Positions 52,961 to 64,000 of a DNA stretch of 64,000 bases are shown here, one piece after another (the stretch's first letter is position 1; every line of letters starts with the position of its first letter). The notes under the pieces were generated by a model. That model was not told the origin of the DNA, searched no databases, and worked only from the letters and a program-made list of their open reading frames with translations. The position numbers were made by a program, and so were the translations under genes. This stretch comes from Octopus vulgaris (taxonomy: Eukaryota): positions 143,778,001 to 143,842,000 of the forward strand of contig OX597815.1 in NCBI GenBank assembly GCA_951406725.2, in the 5' to 3' direction.

Positions 52961-54207
52961 TATACTAAGAATTGCCAGCATGCCTTCTACGACAGTACAG
53001 AATAAAAAGAAAAAAACATTAAGAAATTCACTTACTTGAAACTCAGCATAGATATTAGCCTGGACTGGAAGCATTAGAATCCCACATTGCTTCGAAGCTA
53101 GCACGAATGATAAATAATCCTACTTAAATTCTACACTGTATAATGCCGCTGCAGAAACCATATAATTGAAAAAAGAAGATACATCAAAACTGTTTCGATC
53201 AGAAAGGCTGCATCCTTGCTCTTGAATGATATGTACAAGACCCACAGAGTAACTCTAAAGAATCTGTAATCATACACTCTAAATTTCTCTACACAAGCAC
53301 TTTGGAAAGAGGCTTAACGTATCTTTCATATCCTAAAAAAATATCACTGGTCGATTGCATGCGATCAATAAATCTAGATGCTTGCAGAGAGGCATGTGAT
53401 CACACGATGTGATAAAGACTTTTAAGCGAGAGATGATGGTCGGTTCTAATATGTTAGTATGGACTGGCTTAAGTGGAGACTAACATCTTTATTCCCAGAC
53501 GAAACGGCCATTCATTACAACATTAATATCTACGAGTCAATGAGGGAATCCTTTAAGTGGTTGCTCAACCTGCTAGAAGTAGCAGCAACATTTTCTTTAA
53601 ACCACACCATGCTATCTTCATAAAAGACAAAACAAAATTCATCTAAGACAACATTAGATAATTAGTATTAGGAATATGATGGCTGTAAAAGAAGGATGGG
53701 ATGGTCATAGCTGGATAGTTTCTGATAATAGGTCGGCTCAAACAAGGTTGGCTTGATTGAACAATTACAACAGCACTAACATCTACAACAACACTAATAG
53801 CCTCGAAAACAAACATACACGAATTTCGTGTCTATTTACAGTTTGCAGTTTTCTTTTGTTATGATCAGCCACAGATTCGAGGTTCGCTAAACGTTAAAAT
53901 GTCTATCGTTCGTGATTGAATAGTTGCTTACAACTATTCATTCACCAAGAATTGATTGTTTCAATCTTTCTTTATTTTATTTTATTTCTATTTTATTTTT
54001 GAAACTTTGCTTCTATGCTGTGAAATATTCAATTATATTTATTTAAGTTTTACAATAATACAGCCACAATAGCCATTATACACAGTCTGGACATAGCTTT
54101 AATATTTTATACTATGGGGCTTTTAGTCTATATACATATATATACGCATAGATACACACGTGTGTGTGTGTGTATATGCGCGCTCGTGTGTGTGGATAAC
54201 TTCTCTC

Positions 54208-54238
<31 letters not shown>

Positions 54239-54288
54239 CACACACACAGAAACACACAAACAAACAAACACACATACACCTGTGCACG

Positions 54289-54344
<56 letters not shown>

Positions 54345-54421
54345 TACATCTATCCATCTACAATATAGATGGATAGATGTATCTCTTTATCTCTCCCTCT
54401 CTGTTTCTTTGTCTCTCTCTC

Positions 54422-54460
<39 letters not shown>

Positions 54461-55028
54461 CATACATACATATAGGTACATACATATATATACATACATA
54501 TATATACGTGTACATACATATATACACACACACATGTGTATATATATATATATACACATAAGGCTTAGCTTTCATTGACATTAGAATGGAAACGTGTTCC
54601 TTCAATGCTTCCCATGTGCAGAAAAAGGAGGCTAAGAGTCTCTTGATGGTCCGTTTTACTGTTTGTTTAATATTCCTCAGGGAAGTCATGCCTAATTAAT
54701 TCCTTCAATCAATGGCATAGAATAGTTAGTAACAATGTGGAACAGTTATAAATTAAGCTAGCAATTTGGGGTTTATATGAGCACGTCGTTGATTAAACAA
54801 TCTATATTTTACGCACAGCAGCGTGAAGCAGAAAAATTTGAATTAAATTTTAAATTTTACAAAGGCTAAATGTCAATGAAATAAGCAAATTCCTTCTATA
54901 CTTTTAATTTGCAGTAAAAATGAAGGAAAATTTTCGGAGGACCGTTTCATGGATTGTTGACCGCTCATCAGAGAAATCCCTGGTTTCCTTCTCCAATCCA
55001 CAGCATAAAATATTCGCCTTCACCTTCT

Positions 55029-55092
<64 letters not shown>

Positions 55093-55334
55093 GCCAAAAC
55101 ATACGCACAAACAAACACACCAAACACACACACACATACATACAAAACACACGCACAAGCAAACACACCAAACACACACACACATACATACAAAACACAC
55201 GCACAAGCAAACACACCCAACACACACACACACACACAAACATACGCACAAACAAACACACCAAACACACACACATACATACAAAACACACGCACAAGCA
55301 AACACACCCAACACACACACACACACACACACAT

Positions 55335-55572
55335 ATATATGTTTCTATTTATCTAAGTGTTTTTGTTTTTATGTTTGTCCTCCAGCATCGCTTGACAAAC
55401 GGTGTTGGTTTGTTTACGTACCCGCAACATAGTGGTTCGGGTTAGGGTTAGGGTAAAACAGACTATTAGAATAAGTACCAGGATCAAATAAGTACGGGGT
55501 CGATTTGTTCGTTAAACTCTTCAAGGCGGTGCTCCAGCATGGCCTCAGTCCAATTCCTGAAGCAAGTAAAAA
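55335..55572 (+). mobile_element. SINE family B 3' half
   Basis: ATCGCTTGACAAACGGTG..GGCGGTGCTCCAGCATGGCC..GAAGCAAGTAAAA. Confidence 0.8.
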
Positions 55573-55574
55573 AT

Positions 55575-56575
55575 ATCAGAAAAGAACACAAAGTCAAACT
55601 GTGGAGGGAATAAGAATGTAAACAAGTTCCTTTTATGGCAATAAGGTGTAGAAAAAGGGTCCTGAGCGACCGTATATTTATTGCTAATGACGAACAGCTG
55701 TGAGGTCAAACTATAGAAACTGTGATGACGTTTAAAATAAGCTAAACTAAAAATGGGTCTATTGAACAACATGATAAAGCGATGGCATGAAAAGAGTCTA
55801 CATTCCAATACCTGAAGAAAATTGAACAGGGAGGATATAAATGAGGAAAATTTTCAATATTGGCTGACAAGTGCAGGAATCAAAAGTGAAACTAATGGAC
55901 TCTTGAATGCGACACAGGTTCAAAGTTTTCTAAGTAGAAACCGCAAATATCACGCAGTCAAGTCGACTACACTGCAGAGTATGTGGATGTTGAGAGTGAA
56001 CCAAATAGACACATTGTCTGTAGTTGTCCACTTGTAGCCAAGAAGGAATACATCTACAGGCATGACATAGTTGGGGCGCTCATATACTGGAAAATTATGT
56101 CAATATTATGAAATACATGCAGAAAAGAGATGATATAATTTACCCTAGAAAAGTTATCAGAGATCAAGATGAATCAACCGGATATTGTTGTGAAGGATCG
56201 TCAAGAGGAGAAACAACTCCCAAATTGAAGTATTAATTAGTCCCAACAGATTATAATATATCGCTCAAAGGAATGGGTACATTATGAAAATATAATAATC
56301 TAGAAACAGAAGATAACTAGAATGTGAAGATTGAAGTCAGAAACAATCCTTACTCTTTTACTTGCTTCAGTCATTTGACTGTGGCCATGCTGGAGCACCG
56401 CCTTTAGTCGAGCAAATTGGACCCCAGGACTTATTCTTTGTAAGCCTAGTACTTATTCTATCGGTCTCTTTTGCCGAACCGCTAAGTTACGGGGACTTAA
56501 ACACACCAGCATCGGTTGTCAAGCGATGCTGGGGGGACAAACACAGACACACAAATATATACACACACATACATT

Positions 56576-56656
<81 letters not shown>

Positions 56657-56960
56657 CACATATATACGACGGACTTCTTTCAGTTTCCGTCTACCAAATC
56701 CACACACAAGGCTTTGGTCGGCCCGAGGCTATAGTAGAAGATACTTGTCCATGGTTCCACGGAGAGGGACGGAACCCGGAACCATGTGATTCGTAAGCAA
56801 GCTACTTACTGCACAGTCACTCCTACTCATACAAAACAATCCTTATAAAGCAATCCTTACAAAACTATCCCTACAATAACAGGCGTCTTGGAAATGATTA
56901 AACCAAGCAGATAAATACATAACCTAACTTAGATCTCCCAAAATAGACACAATGAACAGA
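55575..56960 (+). mobile_element. R4/Dong LINE C-terminal remnant
   Basis: WHEKSLH, WLTSAGIKSETNG, CRVCG..HIV.SCP, YIYRHDIVG and NQPDIVVKD. Confidence 0.8.
56353..56833 (-). mobile_element. SINE family B, full length, with 12-bp TSD
   Basis: AAACAATCCTTA at 56341-56352 and 56834-56845. Confidence 0.93.
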
Positions 56961-57744
56961 AATTATCACTTTTCTCACTATTATTTAAAACGGATATTTA
57001 TTAATTGTTTATAATTTTTCTAGAAGGGTTAAATACGGTTACGTATATTATTTCACTCGACACGCTAAATACAGTATCTATGTTATACTTTAATTATATT
57101 TTCTTTATTTCCATCTTTTGAAACGATACATTGTATATTCAAACCCCTGTTATCTAGTGCTGTGAATAAGCAAGCAAGCATATAGGAAATTGCTTAATTG
57201 GATATTTGGCTAATGAAACTGACGAATGGGCTATGTCATCCGCATTTGTACATTGCTGAAAGCATGTCTTAATCTGTGTTGGTCTTTATGAGAGCATATC
57301 TTAAGGGTGTGCCAACTGCTCGTAAAAATTTCTTCTCTCCGTTCTGTCAACTTCATGTCCAGCTGTTATGGAATGTGGCCGAATTCAAGAAGCAACAGAG
57401 ACTAGATTTATTGGTCACTGAAAAAAAAAACAAAAAAAAAAAACACGCTGACCGGGCGTAGTAAGACATATACCACTAACATTGTCGTTGTTACGTCAAT
57501 CGTAATAGCAATGTTGTTATCGTTACCAGAACTATTGCTGGTAACATTATTAACATCTCTGGCATTCTGGAGCAACGGGAAGTGAAGTGCTTTGCTCAAA
57601 AATACGACTCGTCGCCTGGTCCCGGAATCGAAACTACAATCTTACGATCATGAGTCCAAGGATTTTCATATAAATTCAGACAACATTCAAATTAATTATG
57701 CTTGTCCATAGTGTTCTTTGTCTAACTGTCGCTGTGTAATGTTT

Positions 57745-58158
57745 ATCTTTTTATTGCCCACAGGGAGCTAAACATAGAGGGGAGAAACAAGGACAGATAA
57801 AGAGATTAAATCGATTACATCGACCCAAATGCGTAACTGGTACTTATTTAATCGACCCCGAAAGGATGAAAGGCAAGGTCGACCTCGACGGCGTTTGAGC
57901 TCAGAACGTTACGGCAGACGAACTACCTATTTCTTTACTAGCCACAAGGGGCTAAACACAGAGGGGACAAACAGGGACCGACAAACGGATTAAGTCGATT
58001 ATATCGACCCTAGTGCGTAACTGGTAATTATTTAATCGACCCCTAAAGGATGAAAGGCAAAGTCGACCTCGGCGGAATTTGAACTCAGAACGTAACGGCA
58101 GACGAAATACCGCTCAGCATTTCGCCCGACGTGCTAACGATTCTGCCAGCTCGCCGCC
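57745..58158 (-). mobile_element. SINE family A dimer (alternative-tail subfamily)
   Basis: Two consecutive bodies each with a GCCCACA.GGG.GCTAAACA.AGAGGGG tail; one head at 58158. Confidence 0.9.
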
Positions 58159-58359
58159 CTGTCGTTGTATAATATTGCTGCTATATTCTTCTTTATACAG
58201 ACATAATATGACAAAGCAGAAATGGTTATCCGTAACTTTTTGCATTCCTTAATTATAATTGAGAGCCCTAGTATGAGTCCTAGCTTAGAATTTATCTAAT
58301 AAGTATAAAATATTTATTCTCGAGGAATTTTTTATATTTTCAAATAGAGAAAAAAAGTA

Positions 58360-58395
<36 letters not shown>

Positions 58396-58409
58396 TATTA
58401 TTATTATTA

Positions 58410-58640
58410 TTATTACTTCCGCCTTAGCGAAGGCGGAGGTCTTGTTTTCAGTCGTGTTTGTTTGTTTGTTTGTCCGTGGACAAGATATCTCAAGAACTGC
58501 TGGATGGATTCGGTTGAAACTTTCGGGGATGCTTGCCCTCGTGACTGGCACAAACTGATTAGATCGATCCGGTACCGGAGAAGGATTCTGGATTATTTTT
58601 CCGGTTTTTTACTTAATTTTTGAGAGCGGTCGGGTTCATT
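58410..58640 (+). mobile_element. Helentron-associated non-autonomous element (HINE/DINE-1-like) 5' part
   Basis: TTATTACTTCCGCCTT-AGCG-AAGGCGGAGGT palindrome, then (GTTT)n and GATATCTCAAGAAC..GGATTCGGTTGAAACTT. Confidence 0.65.
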
Positions 58641-58659
58641 TTTATTATTTTCGTTTGTG

Positions 58660-59002
58660 AAGACGACGAGCTGGCAGAAACGTTAGCGCGCCGGGCGAAA
58701 TGCTTAGCGGTATTTTGTCTGAGTTCAAATTCCCCCGAGGTCGACTTTGCCAGTTACGTCCTGGGGTCGATATAATCGACTTAATCCGTTTGTCTGTCCT
58801 TGTTTGTCCTCTTTGTGTTTAGGCCCTTGTGGGTAGTAAAGAAATAGGTATTCCGTTCTGAGTTCAAATTCTGCCGAGGTCGACTTTGCCTTTCATCCTT
58901 TCGGGGTCGATAAATTAAGTACCAGTTTTGTGTAATGGGGTCGATCTAATCGATTGGCCCCCTCCTCAAAAATTGCTGCCCTTGTGCCTAGAGTAGAAAA
59001 GA
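58660..59002 (+). mobile_element. SINE family A dimer
   Basis: GACGAGCTGGCAGAAACGTTAGC head; second body ends TTGTGCCTAGAGTAGAAAAG. Confidence 0.9.
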
Positions 59003-59099
59003 ATTTTCTCTAGGGCAGAGAAGCGCATTGTATGCATTCCCAGATTACACACGCAAATTTACAGGTAAAATATGTATTTAAAAAATTAATATATAAATA

Positions 59100-59298
59100 A
59101 ATTCATGAATGGATGTTGCTCAGTACATGAGCCGTTCCAGTTAACACGATCTTTTGCACTTCATGTAGGTATGGTAAGCCTGGTATCATTTTCAAATAGG
59201 TTTCAGTACATTTTTCTATCATTCCTAGAGATTGTACAATCACTGGCACTGTAGTCGCCTTGAGATGCCACATTTTTTTCAGTTTCTATTAGCAAGTC

Positions 59299-59362
<64 letters not shown>

Positions 59363-59810
59363 GAAGACTCACGAAGTATCCAATTTTTAGATGCTGCAGA
59401 TTGAAGCTATTATGTGTACCGGGGATTTACGCTCAAATTCTTCGTCACATTTCTGAAAGTATTAAAAGTAATCGACAAAAACATGACTTCGCCAGCTTTT
59501 TTATTCCAGCATTTGAGAATTTCAAACTCCAATTCGGTTTAATATTCTGCTTTTTCTTTCCCCTTATTCTTGACTTGCTTATTTTATGGACATACCATGT
59601 CCTTAACAAGACGAAGTTTTCCCTTGTCAATGAGTTCAAAACTGGTTTGTTGTGTTTTATTCTTTTTTCAGTAATCCCATAAAAACTCACTTCAACCTTT
59701 TCAAGTACTTGCGTTTCTGTTGCCATCCAAATAATCATAGTTCTTTCCTCAGCGCATTCAAATCCAAACCTATGGCGAAAATTCCATTGCAGTCTTGCAA
59801 CAAGTTTATT
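59100..59810 (-). mobile_element. R4/Dong LINE RLE-domain remnants separated by (TTA)n
   Basis: MWHLKATTVPVIV.SLG..VQKIVLTGTAHVL (59105-59300) and KLVARLQW..RIKHNKP (59640-59810). Confidence 0.7.
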
Positions 59811-59817
59811 ATATTCT

Positions 59818-60236
59818 TTTATTCTTTTTCTTGTTTCAGTCATTTTGACTGCGGCCATGCAGGAGCACCACCTTTAGTCGAACAGATCGACCCCAGGACT
59901 TATTCTTTGTAGGCCTAGTACTTATTCTATCGGTCTATTTTACCGAACCGCTAGGTTACGAGGACGTAAACACACCAACATCGGTTGTCAAGCGATGGTG
60001 GAGGACAAACACACACACACACGCACACACACAAACACACAAACACACACACACACACATACATACACACATATATATATTTACTGGGTAGTTTAGCTTA
60101 ATGGTAAAGCACTTGATGCATAATCACATGGCCAGCCGGTAACGTATTTTTCTGCAATGTATGGATAATTCATCCTGATCACGCTATTTATTAGCATTAT
60201 GACGCGTTTGAGAATAAAAAAATTATTTCTGTATCT

Positions 60237-60278
<42 letters not shown>

Positions 60279-60433
60279 ACAGGCTTCTTTCAGTTTCCGT
60301 CTACCAAATTCACTCACAAGGCTTTGGTCGGCCCGAGGCTATAGTAGAAGACACTTGCCTGAGGTGCCATGCAGTGGGACTGAACCCAGAACCATGTCTT
60401 TGGTAAGCAAGCTTTTTACAACACACCCACTCC
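59818..60433 (-). mobile_element. SINE family B with a foreign insert in its microsatellite
   Basis: Both halves match the family; insert at 60081-60240. Confidence 0.9.
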
Positions 60434-60569
60434 TGTATATTCGTTTTGAGTTGGTTGAGCACATTCTGATGAATGTCAGCCATAATCTCATATTATTCGC
60501 CGCTCAATCTACATTTGTGTGAACAGATCTGCTTATTTAGTATCTTTTTGATACGATTTACCCGAAGGG

Positions 60570-60950
60570 TGAAGGCGCGTCGCTTAGTGGTTATGGTATT
60601 CAGCCCACGATCGTAAGGTCATGAGTTCAGTTCCTGACAATGCGTTGTCTCCTTGAGCAGGACACTTTATTTCACTTTGCTCCATTCCACTCAGCTGGGT
60701 AAAATGAGTAAGTACCTGTATTTCAAAGTGCCGGCTTTGTCACATTCTGTGTCTCGCTGAATCTCCCTAAAAACTACGTTAAGGGTACACCTGTGTGTGG
60801 AGTACACGTGTCCGTCCTTGTTTGTCCCCTCTATGTTTAGCCCCCTGTGGGCAATAAAGAAAAAGGTACACGTGTGTGTGGAATACACAGCCACTTTCAC
60901 GTTACTTTCACGAGCAGGCTATTCTGTTGTTCGGATCAACTGGAACCGAC
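60570..60950 (+). mobile_element. SINE family C with a nested SINE A tail
   Basis: Head GAAGGCGCGTCGCTTAGTGGTTA..GAGTTCAGTTCC; nested tail at about 60808-60862. Confidence 0.85.
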
Positions 60951-61255
60951 AGAGCGCCAGTTTTATCTGGAAAGCTTGTTTTATGCTACTGAAATCAATC
61001 GTACAGTCATTTCTTTTAATAATATCATATTTTAATTAAAGCGAGCAGTCCATTTCATATCCTATTTATGATTTCTTTTTGAAAGTGGTGCTTCCCTCTA
61101 GCAAAGTTTGATTTTCTCTCACGTTTTCCAGTGTACGTTTCAAGTTGAACTCTGCCAAATGAGTAAATAATCCTTCCCTTAGCACCTTCTTGAGAAGAAT
61201 TTTTCTTCCACGTAGAATATTAATCCTGTTTTCTCGAATTCTACAATTGCGTTTC

Positions 61256-61615
61256 ACCTTGGGCAAGTGTCTTACATTATAGCCCCAGGCCAACCAAAGC
61301 ATTGTAATTAGATTTCGTAGACTGAAACTGAAAGAAGGCCAGTGTGTCCTTGTGTAGGTGTGCGTGTATGCGTGTATATGTGTGCGTGTGTGGCTGTGTA
61401 TGTGCGTATGTGCGTATGTGTGTGCGTGTGTTTGCGTGTGTGTGTATCTCTGTGGTTTTGTTTGTCCCCCACCACTGCTTGACAACAGGTGTTGGTTTGT
61501 TTATATCGCCGTAACTTAAAGGTTCGGAAAAAGGGACTGAAGTCGATTTGTTCGACTAAATCTTCCACGGTGGTGCCCCAGCATGGCCGTAGGCTAAACA
61601 CTGAAACAAGTAAAT
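61256..61615 (+). mobile_element. SINE family B (headless)
   Basis: CACCTTGGGCAAGTGTCTT..GCCCCAGCATGGCC..TGAAACAAGTAAA. Confidence 0.85.
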
Positions 61616-61776
61616 GATAGGATATAAAAAAGAATCTCTTCAACACTCGTTAACCCATTTCTTCCTCCTGTAATTTTCCAGTATAATCGGTCTGCATCCG
61701 ATTATGATTCATGCTATGTAACGTTTGTCGCTTTTTCACTTCATCCTTTCTCTGCGCAATGATTCTTACTCCATAA

Positions 61777-61995
61777 AGCGGCGAGCTGGCAGAATCATTA
61801 GCACGCCGAGCAAAATGCTTAGCGGCATTTCATCCATCTTTACGATCTGAGTTCAAATTCTGCTGATGTCGACTTTGCCTTGCATCCTTTCGGGGTCGAT
61901 TAAATAAGTACCAGTTGACTACTGGCGGTCGATGAAATCGGCTCTACCCGCCCCTCGAAATTGTTGGCGTTGTACCAAAATTTGAAAGACATTAT
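61777..61995 (+). mobile_element. SINE family A
   Basis: GCGGCGAGCTGGCAGAATCATTAGC..GAGTTCAAATTC..CCTTTCGGGGTCG. Confidence 0.9.
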
Positions 61996-62164
61996 TCTTA
62001 CTTCATATCTTATTAGTAGCACTGCTTTCAAATTGATTGTTTTTATGATATTTCTTGCATTTAATGTGGATTTTAAAATTTTAATTTTACAAAAAAATTA
62101 TTTGCTGAGAACTTACATACTTTTTACCTTTGTCACTTATACGCTTCTTTTACGTCTAAGAAGC

Positions 62165-64000
62165 TGACCCTCTTATCTCAGGAAAATCCATTCCAGCATT
62201 ATTTAGGATTCTCCCACGCTTTATCTCTATCAAAGCACAGATTTATCAATATCGGATGTCATCCCGGTGTCACTACTAAATATTCCTGCGGTTTGCATCA
62301 AAGAAACCAGCTTATTCTTGTATTTGCCATAAAGTTTTAAATCGTTCATGAGAAAGTGATGATTTATTTTCACCCAATCCTTTCTAAGTGAATATCCTTC
62401 AATTGCTTTATTCAGAATAATCGACAAATGGATCAGTGCTGTTAAGAAGAATATAGGAAAACAGGCTGTCCCCTTGAAAGAGTCTTCTAATCTGTACATC
62501 TCTTAATCTCTCCCTTTCTGATGATTACTGCTCTCCTATTTCGCATTGCATTTTCTTACAGAGATTTTCCATTAGCTTGAACAGTTCTAGGCAACGTTTG
62601 ATCCACGAAAATGGAACTAGGTCATATACTCTTTTATAATCGATCCAAGCGATGCACGAATTTGTCATTATCTTTTCTGAAGTTTTTCTCAATGTCATCT
62701 TATTGATCATTAATTGGTCTTTCGTTCCCTGCTCTTTTTCCCAACAACTCTTCTGTTCGCTAGGTTCTAAATGTTTCCTGTTTGAATGTTGGTATATCTT
62801 TTTTGCAATTATCCCTGTAAGCAGTTTCCACACAAGTGGTAAACACGTAATTGGTCGATAGCTTGAAACAGCGTTTCCTTTGAACTGCTTTTCAATATCA
62901 GGCAAGTTCTTCCTCTAGTTAACCTCAATGACACATCTCTACTTGACACGTATTTAGGTATGTTTCTATGGTTTCATGAATATTTGTACGTTCTCTCAAC
63001 AAGTAACTATGGACAAGATCTTGTCCAGCAATTTCCACTTACTAGCTATATCCCAACTGCTTTCAACCTTTACTTTCTTGCTAGTGAAATTCTGTGCCTC
63101 AACATTTTCGGTGTCAGTCTCTGCTTGCTTTAGTCACTAAGCTTCGCATTTTTTCCTTCATTTCTCCCCAAAATAATTCCCTTTCTCTAATATCCTATTA
63201 TATTTATTGTTTCTCACATTCCCCTCGGGAATATCTGGATTGATTGGTCTTGGTGCTTTTGTTTATATTCATTGTTTCGCCGCAGTTTTTGATTTTGAAA
63301 GCTTTTGTCTTTACACTCTTTATTTGTAGCTCCTCAGTGAAACTTTCAGTTCCTTTTTGCTTACCAAATACGTTTCTCACCAGCCTACCTTTCACTTCTC
63401 TCTTTATTTTGCCAAGCTAGTGTAACTTGCTTATAGCTTTTCTAAGGCAACTAATCTTTATTAACATCAGTGTTTTCTACCAAGATACCTTTCTTTTGTT
63501 CCCCACCCCTGCCCAACATGCCTGAAATTACATTACCAACCGTTAATATTAATGTGCTAATTTCTTTACTATTTTCACTGCTAATTTTATCAATCAACAT
63601 CTTTACTTTTGATGTGTTTACTTTAATCTTGCTTCGATCTACGATCACCAAATTAACTGATTCTAAGACAAGCCTATAGTGCTTCAGTTTATACCTCAGT
63701 TTTTCAAAGATCTCTCATTGATCCTTATCAATGTTGTCCACATTAATTTGCCTTTCGTTGTGCACGCTCTCACTTGCCATTGCTTGAACATGAAAGTTGA
63801 TTTCTCTTGATTTGGTTGTAGAGTTGTCGTCCATCAGATTCTGATGTGACGTTTACTGAAATCCTCGGTTGATCTTTCTCTGTACCCTTCAACTTCTAAG
63901 TCAGGGAAGGCTTCTTTTTTTCCACTCCTGAAATACAATGGCAAGCAAGCTGTTGTCCATTATTTTCCACTGTTGGAAATGTTTTTTTCTTCAGAATCTT
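62165..64000 (-). mobile_element. R4/Dong LINE RT remnant (runs off the window)
   Basis: SYRPITCLPLVWKLLTGII, EQKSC..GTKDQLMINK, AWIDYKRVYDLVP and INHHFLMNDLKLYGK. Confidence 0.88.

Noticed and set aside
53200-53510. Possible RTE/CR1 3' remnant
   Set aside because: Too decayed to show a checkable motif.
61105-61170. Pyrimidine tract-CAG followed about 31 bp later by GTAAAT, a possible micro-exon
   Set aside because: Splice-like signals are common by chance; no partner exons or homology.

Overview
AT-rich, repeat-saturated eukaryotic DNA with no host protein-coding exon that I can support, so probably intergenic sequence or a very large intron. The SINE families, R4/Dong LINE density and microsatellite load look like an octopus (coleoid cephalopod) genome; this is recognition from memory, not a database result. 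Nearly all long ORFs in the track are translations of simple repeats. The real coding signal is all decayed transposon sequence. It comprises six Tc1/mariner copies (including a DD36E-spaced Tc1 and a DD46D-spaced rosa/Visitor-like element), at least seven R4/Dong LINE remnants, RTE and L1/Tx1 fragments, and Penelope-like elements. Non-coding mobile elements include Helitron/Helentron non-autonomous copies and about 25 tRNA-derived SINE copies from three families. The most interesting signals are RNA-structural. First, minimal hammerhead ribozyme motifs in Penelope pseudo-LTRs show covarying stems (1866-1900, 2110-2145, 44097-44131). Second, a highly structured RTE 5' leader carries two cUUCGg tetraloops (28795-28990). 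Third, long inverted repeats are plausible A-to-I editing substrates. I found no clearly new protein-based system. Boundaries of decayed elements are approximate.
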